Of a stretch of DNA of 64,000 bases, positions 43,201 through 54,680 are shown in pieces. The stretch lies in the NCBI GenBank assembly GCA_051362555.1, contig CM120649.1, positions 18,552,567 to 18,616,566 of the forward strand. The letters run 5' to 3'. Under the pieces are notes generated by a model that saw only the letters and a program-made list of their open reading frames with translations, was not told where the DNA came from and searched no databases. The stretch's first letter is position 1; each line of letters begins with the position of its first letter. Source of the stretch: Lingula anatina. Taxonomy: Eukaryota > Animalia > Brachiopoda. Both the position numbers and the translations under genes were made by a program.

Positions 43201-44918
43201 AAAAAAAAAAAAAAAAAAAAAAACAGGCAATGGTTTGGATCTGAGGGCTGTAAATTGCTGTGATCTGTGTGTAGTCTGTACCATAATTTTGATTCCCGTC
43301 ATCTAATTAGGTCAAAAACAGCAACTTAAAAGGAGAGTAAAATAGTGTTGGCATTGTTTCATGAATTACCAAGGACATCAAATTATTTTATGATCAGCCA
43401 CCGTGTTTTATGCTCTTTGATTTCACCATCAAAGCTATGCATGGTTGTTTTGGAGATGCCAGAAAACACTCAATGGTGACTTAGAGTCAATGTCGGGAAA
43501 CACATGTTCTGGTAATTGCCAGTTTGGCAAACGTTTCTGCACTTACCCTGTGATTTTGGGCATTCCTTGCACTCCTTGGCGTTAATGAAGATGTTTATAG
43601 TTCAAGATGAAAATGTCAGATATCAGAAGGGGAAGGACAGTAAAAGAGCAAGCACCTGCTCAGACAGTGTATGTGTGGACAGTCAGTCTGAAATTAGGGA
43701 TTTGATCACAACAGAATCCAGTTTTACAAAATTACTTAAACCTGACGGTTGTTCTTAACTCCTAAATTATTTATAATTTATTTATTCATATATTTATTTT
43801 AATTTTTCAATTTTCAGTCAAAACCCAATGTACAAATAAAATGTCTAGTGTCCTAACTTTTTTAGGTCTGTATATAAATAATGTTTTTATTTGGGTGACA
43901 CTTTCGGTTATGTTTGATATGAAAGTTGCGCTTCAGCAATGGTGCCTTTGTCATTAGTGATGCAAGGTTTGTGAAATAACACAGCCTGGATTAGAAATCT
44001 GAAGATAAAGAACTGTAGTGGCTTGGTTGTGGTAGGTGGGAGATGCTGTCATTGCAGTAGTTGAGAAGGATGTGCTGAGCATTGTGCTGGGAAGTGATTA
44101 CTGGATTGGCTGATCATGTAGCATGTGTCATATGCGTCAGATGTAGAATTGTTAGGAATAAACTGGTCGAGGCCCTTATTCCTTTCCAGCGTGTACGCTT
44201 AATTAACATTTCAAGGTACTAATGTAATGGGTTGTGTTGAATAGATAAGATAATGCTTGGGTTGATATTAAACAAATAAACAATGAAGTAAGTATATCAA
44301 TAAATGGATAATGATGAAGTAAAAAAAAAAAATGTGATAAGTACCACTAGTTTTGTTGAGTGAAAATGTATGAATTCCCTAATGTCAAGTCTGAGAAACA
44401 AGAAGGATGCATAGTAGAATTTATAATTTTAACAGAAATGAACAGTAAGTTTATTACTCAGATCTGCAAGCTGGTTGTCATTACCCAATTAATCTTTTGT
44501 CACAAACTGCAAAATTATTCACATGAGATATTCAATGGACCATGGAACATCAGCCGCTTCACTAAAGTGTGTGTGTGGGGGGGGGGCATAAGATCTCTAC
44601 TATGTGACACAGCGCCATCTGTGTCATTCAGCAACTGATGAAGATGGCAGACAGTCCACAGACTTAACTCATGGCAGTAATTTTGCATTTTGTGACAGAG
44701 TACTGGTACTGTTATCATCCACCAAAATGATGACCCAAATATTCCCTGTTCAAACGTTCCAGATAGTTCGCACATTCAGGATGAAGGAGGAGGACGTACT
44801 GGAGCAAGTAATGTACATGGAGACCTCACGCACGCCACTCACTGAGCACCTCCGTATCCAGTATAAGAAACAGAAACACCACGCCTGGGAGGACAACGTC
44901 TTCTATACTGCATACTAG
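36396..44918 (+). CDS. THAP4: Nitrobindin / peroxynitrite isomerase (THAP4 C-terminal heme-binding beta-barrel) without a THAP domain, about 179 aa, two predicted isoforms
   Basis: Exons 36396-36405 (MSC), 36878-37037 (KPLAWLLGKW..GRGMYPT..YGEEVEFSHIGQP), 40057-40166 (PMHREIGYVR..VAFIIAHNTG), [41515-41618 OR 42957-43060], and 44763-44918 (IVRTF..LEQVMYMET..PLTEHLRIQYKK, containing the heme-ligating His). Total 540 nt, in frame. Confidence 0.92.
38183..38400. mobile_element. About 215-bp MITE (PIF/Harbinger-like), three near-identical copies
   Basis: Nearly identical to 58305-58522 and, inverted, to 51833-52049; gatcgatcta subterminal motifs; TWA flanks. Confidence 0.8.
41515..41618 (+). CDS. 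THAP4: Nitrobindin alternative exon A (mutually exclusive with 42957-43060)
   Basis: ctctag|...|gtgaaa, 104 nt, phase 1-0, open: GLSEVEEGELAGRSMHLTSTQCVRVSFGKEPAVKK. Confidence 0.82.
41712..41885. mobile_element. Tourist/Harbinger-like MITE between the two alternative exons
   Basis: TIR GGCCGCATTCAGAA / TTCTGAATGCAGCC with TWA flanks; relatives at about 60866-61039, 60340-60543 and 58205-58303. Confidence 0.7.
42284..42392. repeat. 37-bp inverted repeat (hairpin) with a 35-nt loop
   Basis: 42284-42320 pairs with 42356-42392 with one mismatch and one G-U pair. Confidence 0.85.
42957..43060 (+). CDS. THAP4: Nitrobindin alternative exon B (mutually exclusive with 41515-41618)
   Basis: tttcag|...|gtagat, 104 nt, phase 1-0, open: GLSEVEEGEVNGTTIKLESKGISRLSFGSEPSVKK. 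Confidence 0.88.
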
Positions 44919-45850
44919 ACATGGGGCACCTGCCAGGATGGACGGAGAGGAGTCCAGGGGATATACACTTTGTGGACACAATTGCAACAGATTGTTTATG
45001 CTTAAGCATGTATTTCTATGGTAATTGGTGGCCATTTTGGATTTTTTCCCCATGCGTGGATTTTTCAGGACATTGAGTATGTTGACAAGGAGACTTCAAG
45101 GAATTGCATTATGCAAAAAAAAAAAAAAAAAATTCTGCTGCAGTTTTGTCCAGTTTTATGGCAAAAGTGGTCCATCTAGCCTGGACTTTGGGGCAGGGCT
45201 GACATGTACCAGCCAAGATGCATACAGGACATTTACTTTTAATGGGACAGTAAAGGGGGGGGGGAGGGGGGCTTGATAATATGCTGAATTCCTTTCTGCT
45301 AGGTATGTCCACACTGAAGCTATTCTAGCGAGGTAGTTATTTAGAGTACCTTGAAGGCATTTGTCAGCTGATATTCCATATTACAATGTTATACAATTAA
45401 TATGACCACCTTTGGTCACATACTGATATATAATTATCTAATATTCTGCCATATTATAGGGTTAGGGGTATAATGTGCTTTGCTGTGTAGTGTTATGTAA
45501 CTTAATCAGCTTTTACCTGTGCATAGTACAACATATCTGTATAGACTATGAATATTTGACAGGGAAGTAAGGGCTAATATTTTGTTAGATTTTTTTCTCA
45601 GTTGTATATATGTTTGATATGGATATAATTAAAAGATTATGCATTTATTGTCACATGTACAACCTCGATCAGAATCTTCTATCAACGTAAACTTTTAATG
45701 TTTAACAGAAGAAAGGACTACGAAGGATGAGTAAGAAGGCAGCCTCCGGAAGGTGGGGTGTACAGCTGCAGAAATAATTGTTCTTTTCGTCTACTCTCAC
45801 CCAAGTAACACATGCACCTCGGAATGCATTCGGCATATGAGACACTGCTC

Positions 45851-46064
45851 CTAAAAGCCCCCTTTATACTGGTCGGCGTCCCTTCTGCGTCCCGGAGTAC
45901 GGCCCCTTTTGGTAGTTAACAAATAATAATACTTAAAGTGCCGACAAATGGCCTATCTGCAATCAAAGCCATATTTCTGTTCCTTTTTACGACCACAGCG
46001 ATGCCAGTTTCTTGGTTGCACAGCGGACGCAGAAAGGGCGGCGTCCAGTATAAAGGGGGTTTAG
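45851..46064. mobile_element. MITE (Harbinger-like)
   Basis: TIR CCCCCTTTATACTGG / CCAGTATAAAGGGGG. Confidence 0.6.
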
Positions 46065-46184
46065 GCACAAGTAGCTGTAGAATTCTTTTCTCCTTAAAAA
46101 ACTGGCTTATATGAATCAAAATCCATTTGAGTGAGCATTCCTTCCTGACGTTGTGCACCCTACCTTTCCGGAGAGCGGCTCCCA

Positions 46185-46406
46185 AAGGCACTGTCACACT
46201 TAGCGTACAGAACTTACGTACGAGAAAAATTAATCGTGGGCAGACAAACACAAAGGGCTCGTCATAACGCGAAAATATTTGGGGCACGTTCAGTAACAAT
46301 TTTATTTCGTGCTTGCATTGCCATTTGAATGCGTAGACACGGTGCAGGCATACGCTCACAGTTGTGCGTATAATCGATGTCTTTACGGTATGTGTGACAG
46401 AGCCTT
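46185..46406. mobile_element. MITE (Harbinger-like)
   Basis: TIR AAGGCACTGTCACAC / GTGTGACAGAGCCTT. Confidence 0.55.
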
Positions 46407-46648
46407 AGACAGGGTTCCCATACCTAGATCGATCTTACGGGATCGGTCCGTCTCCAAGAGGTTTCTCGAGAAATTGCTTTCAGCTTAAGCGGCTTGGCTA
46501 AAGCTGGTAAACGATAATTAATCACCTACTTGCTGTTTCAGTAGGCGCGACAGCCATCAAAGCCGCTTTAGTCGATTGCAATTTAGTGAAAATCCCCTTG
46601 GAGATAGATCGATCCACAGTTAGTACGATAGGCTCTGGGAATGGTCTC
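46407..46648. mobile_element. MITE-like repeat (family of 1986-2238)
   Basis: Colinear with 1986-2238; directly abuts the previous MITE. Confidence 0.6.
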
Positions 46649-47578
46649 TTAGAAAACACATACACCTTCGGTGAGTAATAGCCAGAACCTTATGCATTTA
46701 CCTTTTCATATATGCACGTTCGTCTTAGGCCAAGTGTCACAAGATGAGGGCGTAAGAGGCAGGGGGATTTAAAAGTAACATGATGATACCAGTGATGGGT
46801 TGCATTAAACCATCATACATTGTGTAAAGGTCAAGGATATTAAAACGTGTAATCCATTCCTTTCACTTATCAATGTGAACACGTAAATAGGTATTTTTAT
46901 TTTTTTATTTATTTTATAACCACTATTGTTAAAGGGAGCACCGTCATATTGTTGGAAGTAAAACACGTTTTTCTGAATGATCATCATACATTTTCTTCTC
47001 AATCTGTAGTTATGTATTAATTTTTTTGTGGAAATGTTTGTTTAACGAGACGAGACAGCTTAGTTTATTGGCATACCTCTCGAAGTGAAAACGGTCTTGG
47101 ATATTAAATCCTTTGAGGTGCATTACTCGCAGCAGAACGAAAAACGTGTTCATCTAGTACTAGCGTCTGGCAGCTTGATTGGAATCCCAGGTCTCTACAT
47201 CTGTTTGAATTTAATATGTTTGAATTTAACATGAAATGCATCGGTGTAGGCTAGAATGACGTTCATTTAATAAAGTCGCTAGAGGTCCATCTCACGTTCT
47301 CTGTAAATCAAATAATTTGGTTGAACATTCATTTTGCACGTTTGTTCAATTACGACGTGTGGAAATTCTTGTTATATTTTTATGATATCTCTTGGAGCAT
47401 AATAAAAAACTGACATTAAAACAAATGTGAATTCAGATTATTGCTGAGTTTTAAGATCAGTCTGATCTGTTGGTACGGGCGATGAAGGCAGACGTGAAAC
47501 GGAAGCACCTTACGACAAATTACACAAAAATGTTTTAAAAACTAGAAAATTAAAAAAATATCTTCTCAGCCATGAAAT

Positions 47579-49224
47579 TTATTGGCCTTTTATGTTTTCT
47601 GTCCTTCCTTCGTGTTCCCAAACCCCGATATCAAAGGTAAAATGAGTGAAGAGTTTTCTGGTCTTTTTTCCTACTAGTTTATACTTGACATTACTAAGTC
47701 CATCCTGCCTGTAACGAGATTTTGTTCCTGCTAGTAAAGAGTCCCTGTAAAATGAGAAAAATGTTTAGATTACCGAGCACAATGTTCTCATGATGATATG
47801 CAATGCAAAGATGCCATTACGGCTTGATGCAATCTGAGGGTATTAATTATAACTTCGTAGGTAAATGTGCGATTCATACAACGCTGATATATAAAATGTC
47901 AGTTATATATTAAAAAGATTCTGGGTGTCTAAACATTGAAACGTGCCAAACGTTTGGATGACCTCGACCACTTCATTGTGAAGGGTCACGAGCAGCCTGG
48001 AATGGTTCAATGTTTAGATTCCTAGATACTGGCAGCTAAAAAATAATAATGCGAATCAAGAATCAATATCGCTCCATGCAATCAGATTAACAAGTTTCAT
48101 TTTTGTTTCTGCGGTACTTCTATAATCACTGGAATTTTTAGTCTGCTCAACGTCAAGAGGCGTGTTTTAATATCCGATTAAAATATGTTAATCTGAATGC
48201 ATTCAGGGAGATTCCCCACGTAGTTGGATCGATCTAAATAGAACGATAGTTTTATTTGGAATGATCCCTTAGTATAACCCTTCACTATATTTCTAGATAT
48301 ACGTACATTTCTCTTTTGAAAAGCACCCATTCCCTCTGCTTGTGCACGATCATTTTGTAGCGACCAATTATTTGTGGCGGCCGCTGCAGCTTTAATTTTG
48401 ATTGTTTGAGCCTAAAACAAAGATAACCGACCTAGACGACTACCCAAAAATGTAATATATATATATATATATATATATACTGACAGGTGTGGCAGGAATG
48501 GCAGTCCTAGGAATGGAAGTCCAGGGTCTCGTATGATTTGTACAGGTTAGGGTTAGTCGGAGTATTGGGGTTAGTATACGTGACAAATGTCACCTGTAAA
48601 AAGTAATAGGGAGCCGACTATAGTTCTTAGCAGGCTACCATACCTGTCACACTAGTAGTGGTGATGAAAGCATTCCAGGGAATCCTTTAATATAATGTCC
48701 ATCATCAAAGTAACACATATAACAATTAAATGTGTAAAAATATAAAAATTAAAACTGCTGTCCAGAGTGACTGTATAACTTTACAACAGCAACGTCACTG
48801 AGGTGTAGTCACTTATCGGATGTTTGATTACAGAGAAACACTCAGCCTTCAAACTCAGAATTACCAGGGGTGATATTTTATCAACTATCTGCGGGTTTCA
48901 GGCTTTTGGGGAGCCAAAAATATTAGTGTCCTGGGTGCCCCCCTCTCCTGGACCCCACGCCGTGTTTTCTGACTTTTCCACTAAATGATGAAGTTTTTTT
49001 TTTTAATTTTCAGGTTTAAATGGTGATCCATACCGAATATCACCACTAAAACATAAGTTAGTCCATTTCTTACCTACCCTTAAAATTTCCTCAAAATCCA
49101 TCCATGACTTCCTGAGCTATAAAAATGCTCACACAATATACAATCACCTCCACGAAGAAATAATGGTAATAATAATGGTAACAACATTTTTTTTTCAATA
49201 ATCCTTAAAATGGGGGCAATTACG

Positions 49225-49274
<50 letters not shown>

Positions 49275-49630
49275 TTCAATGGCGGCAAACCTCCAAAGCC
49301 AATCTGAACCTCACCTTGTATACATGTCGTCGTCCTCTCCGCCCCATCCCCAGTACAAGTTGGAGTAGCCGTTCACTTTGAAGTAAGCCGCAACAGGAAA
49401 GGATATCACTCCGCCTATTAGTGTATCATACATAGTGCTGAAAAATACCCAGGTCTGACGTTTAACTGCCATATGACAGGGGGCTCTAAAGTTTGTTACA
49501 AATTTAAATTGAATATTTTTAAGTATTCAACTTTGTAACAGACTATAATATAATATAATATAATATAATATTATATTATATTATATTATATTATATTATA
49601 TTATATTATATTATATAATACATTGGGTAC

Positions 49631-49670
<40 letters not shown>

Positions 49671-50880
49671 ATTTCAACACAATATTCTGGAGGCAAAAAA
49701 AAAAAGGATGAGAAGAGAAGAAACCTACTCGTATCCAAACTTGCTGACAGACGGCGACAAGTGGGTGGGCAAGTCCCGGCAGTGGTACAAATTGTGGTCG
49801 TTTTCTAACAACATGTCAACGTCATGGAATATCACACAGTCAAAGTGAAATATCTTCCAACTCTCTGTAAATGCTGCGTTCATGATCCTGCCTTTGTTAA
49901 ACGTGCTGTTGCCGTACTGTAATGGTAAACAGGCATTAATTCTCCGCGGGCTTTCTAAATTGAAGATGATATCATTTATAAGGATGAAACTACGGGTGTG
50001 TAGACGACAAGCAATTAATGTGCTGCCAGATTCTGCGATTGACAAAATATTTAGCTGTACAAGTACACACACATCTCACTCTATGTATATATTTAATAAT
50101 CAGACATTAATATGATCAAAGGCAATATATCTGAATAATAAAAAAAATAATAAAATAATAATAAAAATAGTAATGTGTCGAGGGACGTTTCTCCCCCCCC
50201 CCTTATGACCAAATTTTAGAGTGAAAATGATGCTCTCAATAAAATAAACAAGTAAAGAGTGTACGATTTAAACCTTGTGTAGATACAGTTTACCTGTTCT
50301 GTTAAAACGATCCTGAAGTCTAGCTTCTGTCTTTTGAAAATGGGTAGATAATTTTCAAACCAACGAACTAAGTGGGGCCATCTATCTCGAAAAGGTATTA
50401 TAATCAGGACACGTGACCTGGGTTGGCAGTCACGTGGTGACCATGAACCGCCAGATGTCACATCCGGGTGTCTTGTTTCAATTTCTTCTAAAGATGATGC
50501 TTTTAAAGACGTGATCTTGTATCCAACTGAAAAAAAGAAGCAAATTAAAGGGACGCAAGTAACCCACATTGCTATTATTCCTTGGGATTAGCATTTTATT
50601 CATGGTTTAACACTAGACTGGGCTGATCTACCAAAAGTCAAATCTTTGAAAACTTACCTAATTCGTGTAATTCCGTCACAACCCTAGGGCATTCCGTGAC
50701 GTTCTTCGTTTCCTGTCCGTTCTCATTGCTCACAGTGCCGTTGATCATTGTCTTTATTGGATGCGTGAACTTGGTCGTTTCACGTCTGTTGTAGATCAGG
50801 AGAAGCAATGTCACCAATATCAGGAACTGGATGGCCCAAAACGTCAGGAAAGTAGATAACCCTTTTCCCAACCTAACCAT
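47579..50880 (-). CDS. GT7 beta-1,4-glycosyltransferase (B4GALT / bre-4 family), probably beta-1,4-N-acetylgalactosaminyltransferase, about 345 aa
   Basis: Exons 50658-50880 (type II TM), 50294-50526 (GGSWSPRDC..IIIPFRDRWPHL), 49729-49916 (FNKGRIMN..FHDVDML), 49315-49437 (VNGYSNLYWGWGGEDDDM), 48307-48411 (GRYKMIVH) and 47579-47744 (DGLSNVKY). Total 1038 nt, in frame, all GT-AG. Confidence 0.92.
48485..48654. mobile_element. MITE (family of 16009-16180) in a glycosyltransferase intron
   Basis: Colinear with 16009-16180. Confidence 0.6.
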
Positions 50881-51832
50881 GCTCGACTAGTGTACCGCTG
50901 ATATTATGACCCTGCCGACGTTCTTCTTTTTCTGTATTGTTTTCACAGAATTTTTTTCAAGACTGGAGAACAAATCCCTATACCTGAAACACATAGATCT
51001 TGCAGTTGACCTTCCGTGTCGCTGACTTAATGATATCATCCGATGCTAACCAGCAGCCAGGCGTAGAGCGCAGAGAATATAAATGACTAGATAATAACTG
51101 TAATTACCCTAAGTAAGAGTCTGTATTGAAACTACAAGTAACATGCGTGAAGAACTTGTCCACTTGCAAACCGACACCGATGAAGTCATAACATCACCTT
51201 CTTCAATATGTTCAGATGTGCTGTTCTATTTCCCGCACTGTTACTACTGTCTTACCCGTCCTAGAGGAAACTTAAATCTCAGCGGTAGTCAGTATCACTC
51301 ATGCCTGAAACAAACAAACAAAAGAAGGAATTTAATAGAGAGAAATTAAAGACAAAAAAGTAAATATAAAAGAAATGGAGTCTTGTTTTGATGGAGGATT
51401 TACACACGACTCTAAAAGGGCTTTATTTCGTTCTCTGGGTTTACTACAAGTACGCCAAATATTTCTTCTATTGAGGGCAAAAGAGGTCTGATCCATCTTC
51501 ATACAAACCTTCTCGAACAGTGATATGACTTCCTATCTTGCCTTGAATTTCAAAACAAGCAGAAACAAGTGCTATCATTTAACGGTACAATTGTCTGAAC
51601 CACAATAAATTCTTCATGGTAAGGGGCCACGATAATTCGACATCGAACTTTTCGTAACTGATGATGTAGGTGATCTTTATAATAATCATGCTACATTTAC
51701 GTAAACACGCATGCCAAATTTTACTTGGAATCTTTGAATCGATTTTTTATTTCACAAAGAGCACGACAATCGTTCATCTTATTATAACACATTCGAGTCC
51801 TGCTTGTTTGTTCATTTCCAAGCTTTAGTCTT

Positions 51833-52049
51833 AGGGCGTATTCCCAGACATTAAGATCGATCTATCCCCGTGGGGAGTCTCACTAGATTACTGTCAGTTA
51901 ATCCGGCTTAAATGTCCGTCCCGCCTACTACAAGCTGTAAGGGGGTAATTAACTTTCGTGACCGCTCGGCTGACAGCCATTTAGCATAAACCCCCAGGTC
52001 GTTAGGTCGATCTAGTTTGGATCGATCTAATCTCTGGGAATGGGGTCTT
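51833..52049. mobile_element. MITE (inverted copy of the 38183-38400 family)
   Basis: Reverse complement of the 38.2 kb and 58.3 kb elements. Confidence 0.8.
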
Positions 52050-52959
52050 AAACATATATCAAGGGGTGGATCCAGGATGCCATTTAGTACTCTTTACAAC
52101 TATGATTCAGCTAGTCAAAATTCTAACTTCAAGAGGGGACCATTGGTGTGATTTTTTTCAGAAATCGAAGCTGGAGTCAGGACCCCCCTGACCCCCACCC
52201 CCCATCCCTAATTCCGCCACTGTATACGCGGCGCCTCTCTGCGATCTCTTCAATTGACTGGAGTATGCTACAAGTACGCTAGTATAATTCTGCAAGGAGT
52301 CATACACGTAAACCCATTTAACATTACCATTCATAACCTCTAGTCAACAATATCACTTTCCTTCAAACAGTCATTGTTTTTTTAGATAACACTAATGCTT
52401 TTACCCACATTAAATCTAAATAAGTAATTATTTAATTGAAAACATATTGATTCACTTCATACACTAGGTAATGTAAAACGCCAATCTCAAGCCTCCTACA
52501 TCGTTTGTATTAGCTTAATAGTGTCGCAACAAATTGCATGTTACGAGCTACGCTAAGTGAGGAAATAATGCCAGCCGAGATATGGTCGGTGATTTTGCCC
52601 AATTTTTCATCTTTGAATAATTTCAATTAATATTGATACTGTGGGTTTTCTGGGAGTTCTCACAGGCCTTAAGTAGCTTTTATTCTGTTAGTGTCAAATT
52701 TTCTCCGAAAATTTAGTAGATCTTTACTCGAAAACCACCAGTTACCCTACTTCTAAAAAGTAAATGTAAACATTGTGATTGCTTATAATATGAAAAACGT
52801 TACCTTCTACATTGTACTACATTTATATGTTATCTACTTGCTGAAATCCCTGACAATTAAAAAGGAGCCACCCGGCCGCCCGATGATTAAAGTGTAAAAG
52901 TTAAAGGTGCACATAAAATGCTGGCAAAGTGTTGATTGTAATGATATTATAACCTTAAG

Positions 52960-54097
52960 TCTACCATGACCCTAAATTTTACACGTTCCCACCAATAGTT
53001 ATAAATGATATGCCAATCTGTGAGGTTACACAGTTCAAACTTCTGGGCATCATATTAGACCGACCGGATGGCCTTGTGGTTAGAGTGTCCGCCTCCGGAG
53101 CGGGAGGACGTGGGTTCAAAACCCGTCCGGGGACATACCAGTCCTTTATAAACGGTACCTGCTGTCTCCCCGCTTGGCACTCAGCACTAAGGGGTTGAAG
53201 CAGGGGCCTGGTCAGGCAGTGCAGAAATGATATCTTAGCTATATATAAGCGCCTAATATGGCAGCCGAGCTGTATCCTCCCCAGGGAGGTGAGACCGTCT
53301 ACGGAGTGCACCAGTGCAAAAATGACCAGGCTTCCTTAACTTGAATATTCATTTCATTTAAATAAATTACATAATTGTATAACCTTCGGGTTGCGATTAT
53401 CCAATAAAGATTACACATCACAATAAAGATTATTATTAATATTAGCAATGACCTAAAATGGGGTACTCATGTGGATCATATATATATATATAAAGGCAAA
53501 ACTCTATTTCCTCCGTCAACTGAAGCGAGCTAAGCTCAGTCCTGCTGACTTAATTCAAGTTTACCAAAGTATTGTGCGCTCAATTCTAGAATATGCCTGC
53601 CTTGTGTGGCGTCCAGGACTAATTATAGAGCAATGCAAACTCTTAGAGACTGTCCAAAGTCGTGCTTTGAAGATTATTTTCCCTTACCTACACTATGATG
53701 AAGCCTTGAACCTGGCAAATATGTGTACTTTAGATAAACGAAGGGAAGATCTGTGCAAAACTTTCTTTTACAAAATAACTGAATCCTCTGACAAACTGAA
53801 TCACATCTTAATTGAGCAATCCAATCGTCTTTTAAGATCAAACAATAGATACAAAGTGCCAAAATTTAAGACCGACAGATTCCGATGCTCTTTTATTCCA
53901 TATGCACTTTTAAATTTCAAATAGTATTATGTTGTCTTTTATCCTAAGTACAATAATTTTAAAGTTCAATTAGCAGTCTTTTAACTCAGTTTTATTCAAG
54001 CATATATTCATTTTATTTTCATTATAATTTTCTTAACACTCTATGTACAACTTCAAATCACTGGGTTGCAATCTTAATAAATTATTATTATTATTAT
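52960..54097 (+). mobile_element. 5'-truncated non-LTR retrotransposon (CR1/L2 group), ORF2 C-terminal fragment plus 3' tail, interrupted by a SINE
   Basis: PPIVINDMPICEVTQFKLLGII [SINE] SNDLKWGTHVDHI..KAKLYFLRQLKRA..YQSIVRSILEYACLVW..LETVQSRAL..KTDRFRCSFIP; 3' end GGGTTGCAATCTTAATAAA(TTA)n. Confidence 0.85.
53059..53438 (+). mobile_element. tRNA-derived SINE nested in the LINE fragment
   Basis: A box TGGCCTTGTGG, B box GGTTCAAAACC, 7-bp TSD ATATTAG (53052-53058 / 53439-53445) and a (TTA)n tail. Confidence 0.85.
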
Positions 54098-54381
54098 CTC
54101 TACAACCAGCAACCAGAGACATGTCCAAAAGTGTTTATTATGCAAGGATCAGCATAAACTGCAGCAATACCCAGTTATGCAAGAAAAAACAATGGACGAG
54201 AATTGGCATTATTAAGGATAATGAACAGCGTTTCGGGTGCTTGCGCATGGACACAGAGAGAATGAATGTAGAAATAAAAGAAATGCCAAAAATGCAACTC
54301 TTACCATCCAGCAATCCTACAAAAGTTAAGTGGTAGGTGTAGCAGTGTGCCATACGAGCCACAGTGCTGAGAAAAGTTCTA

Positions 54382-54680
54382 CCCAACTACCAGACTCGGC
54401 ACCGAATGATCCTGAATTCACCGGTATATCGGACCACACTACCCGTTTTCAAGGTGTGAGTCAGTACGCATTTCACAGTATCATACCGAACAAATTTTGA
54501 GTGGTGATGCAATGCTTTTCAACCCCGCTGAGAATCGTAACTATCACATCGCGTACTAGGCAAGAGCGGTGTCGCGTCTGTTACTGTGAAATGCGTACTG
54601 ATACACACCTTGAAAACGGGTAGTGTGGTCCGATATACCGGTGAATTCAGGGTCATTCGGTGCCGAGTCTGGTAGTTGGG
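54382..54680. mobile_element. About 300-bp foldback MITE with about 100-bp TIRs
   Basis: 54379-54480 is the near-perfect reverse complement of 54582-54683; CCC..GGG termini and TA flanks. Confidence 0.85.

Noticed and set aside
45916-46359. 147-aa minus-strand ORF
   Set aside because: It spans two unrelated MITEs and has no recognisable domain or splice context.
49225-49273. Long poly-C tract (poly-G on the GT7 sense strand) as a regulatory G-quadruplex
   Set aside because: Similar C/G homopolymers are scattered through the window and their lengths are error-prone; nothing supports a function here.
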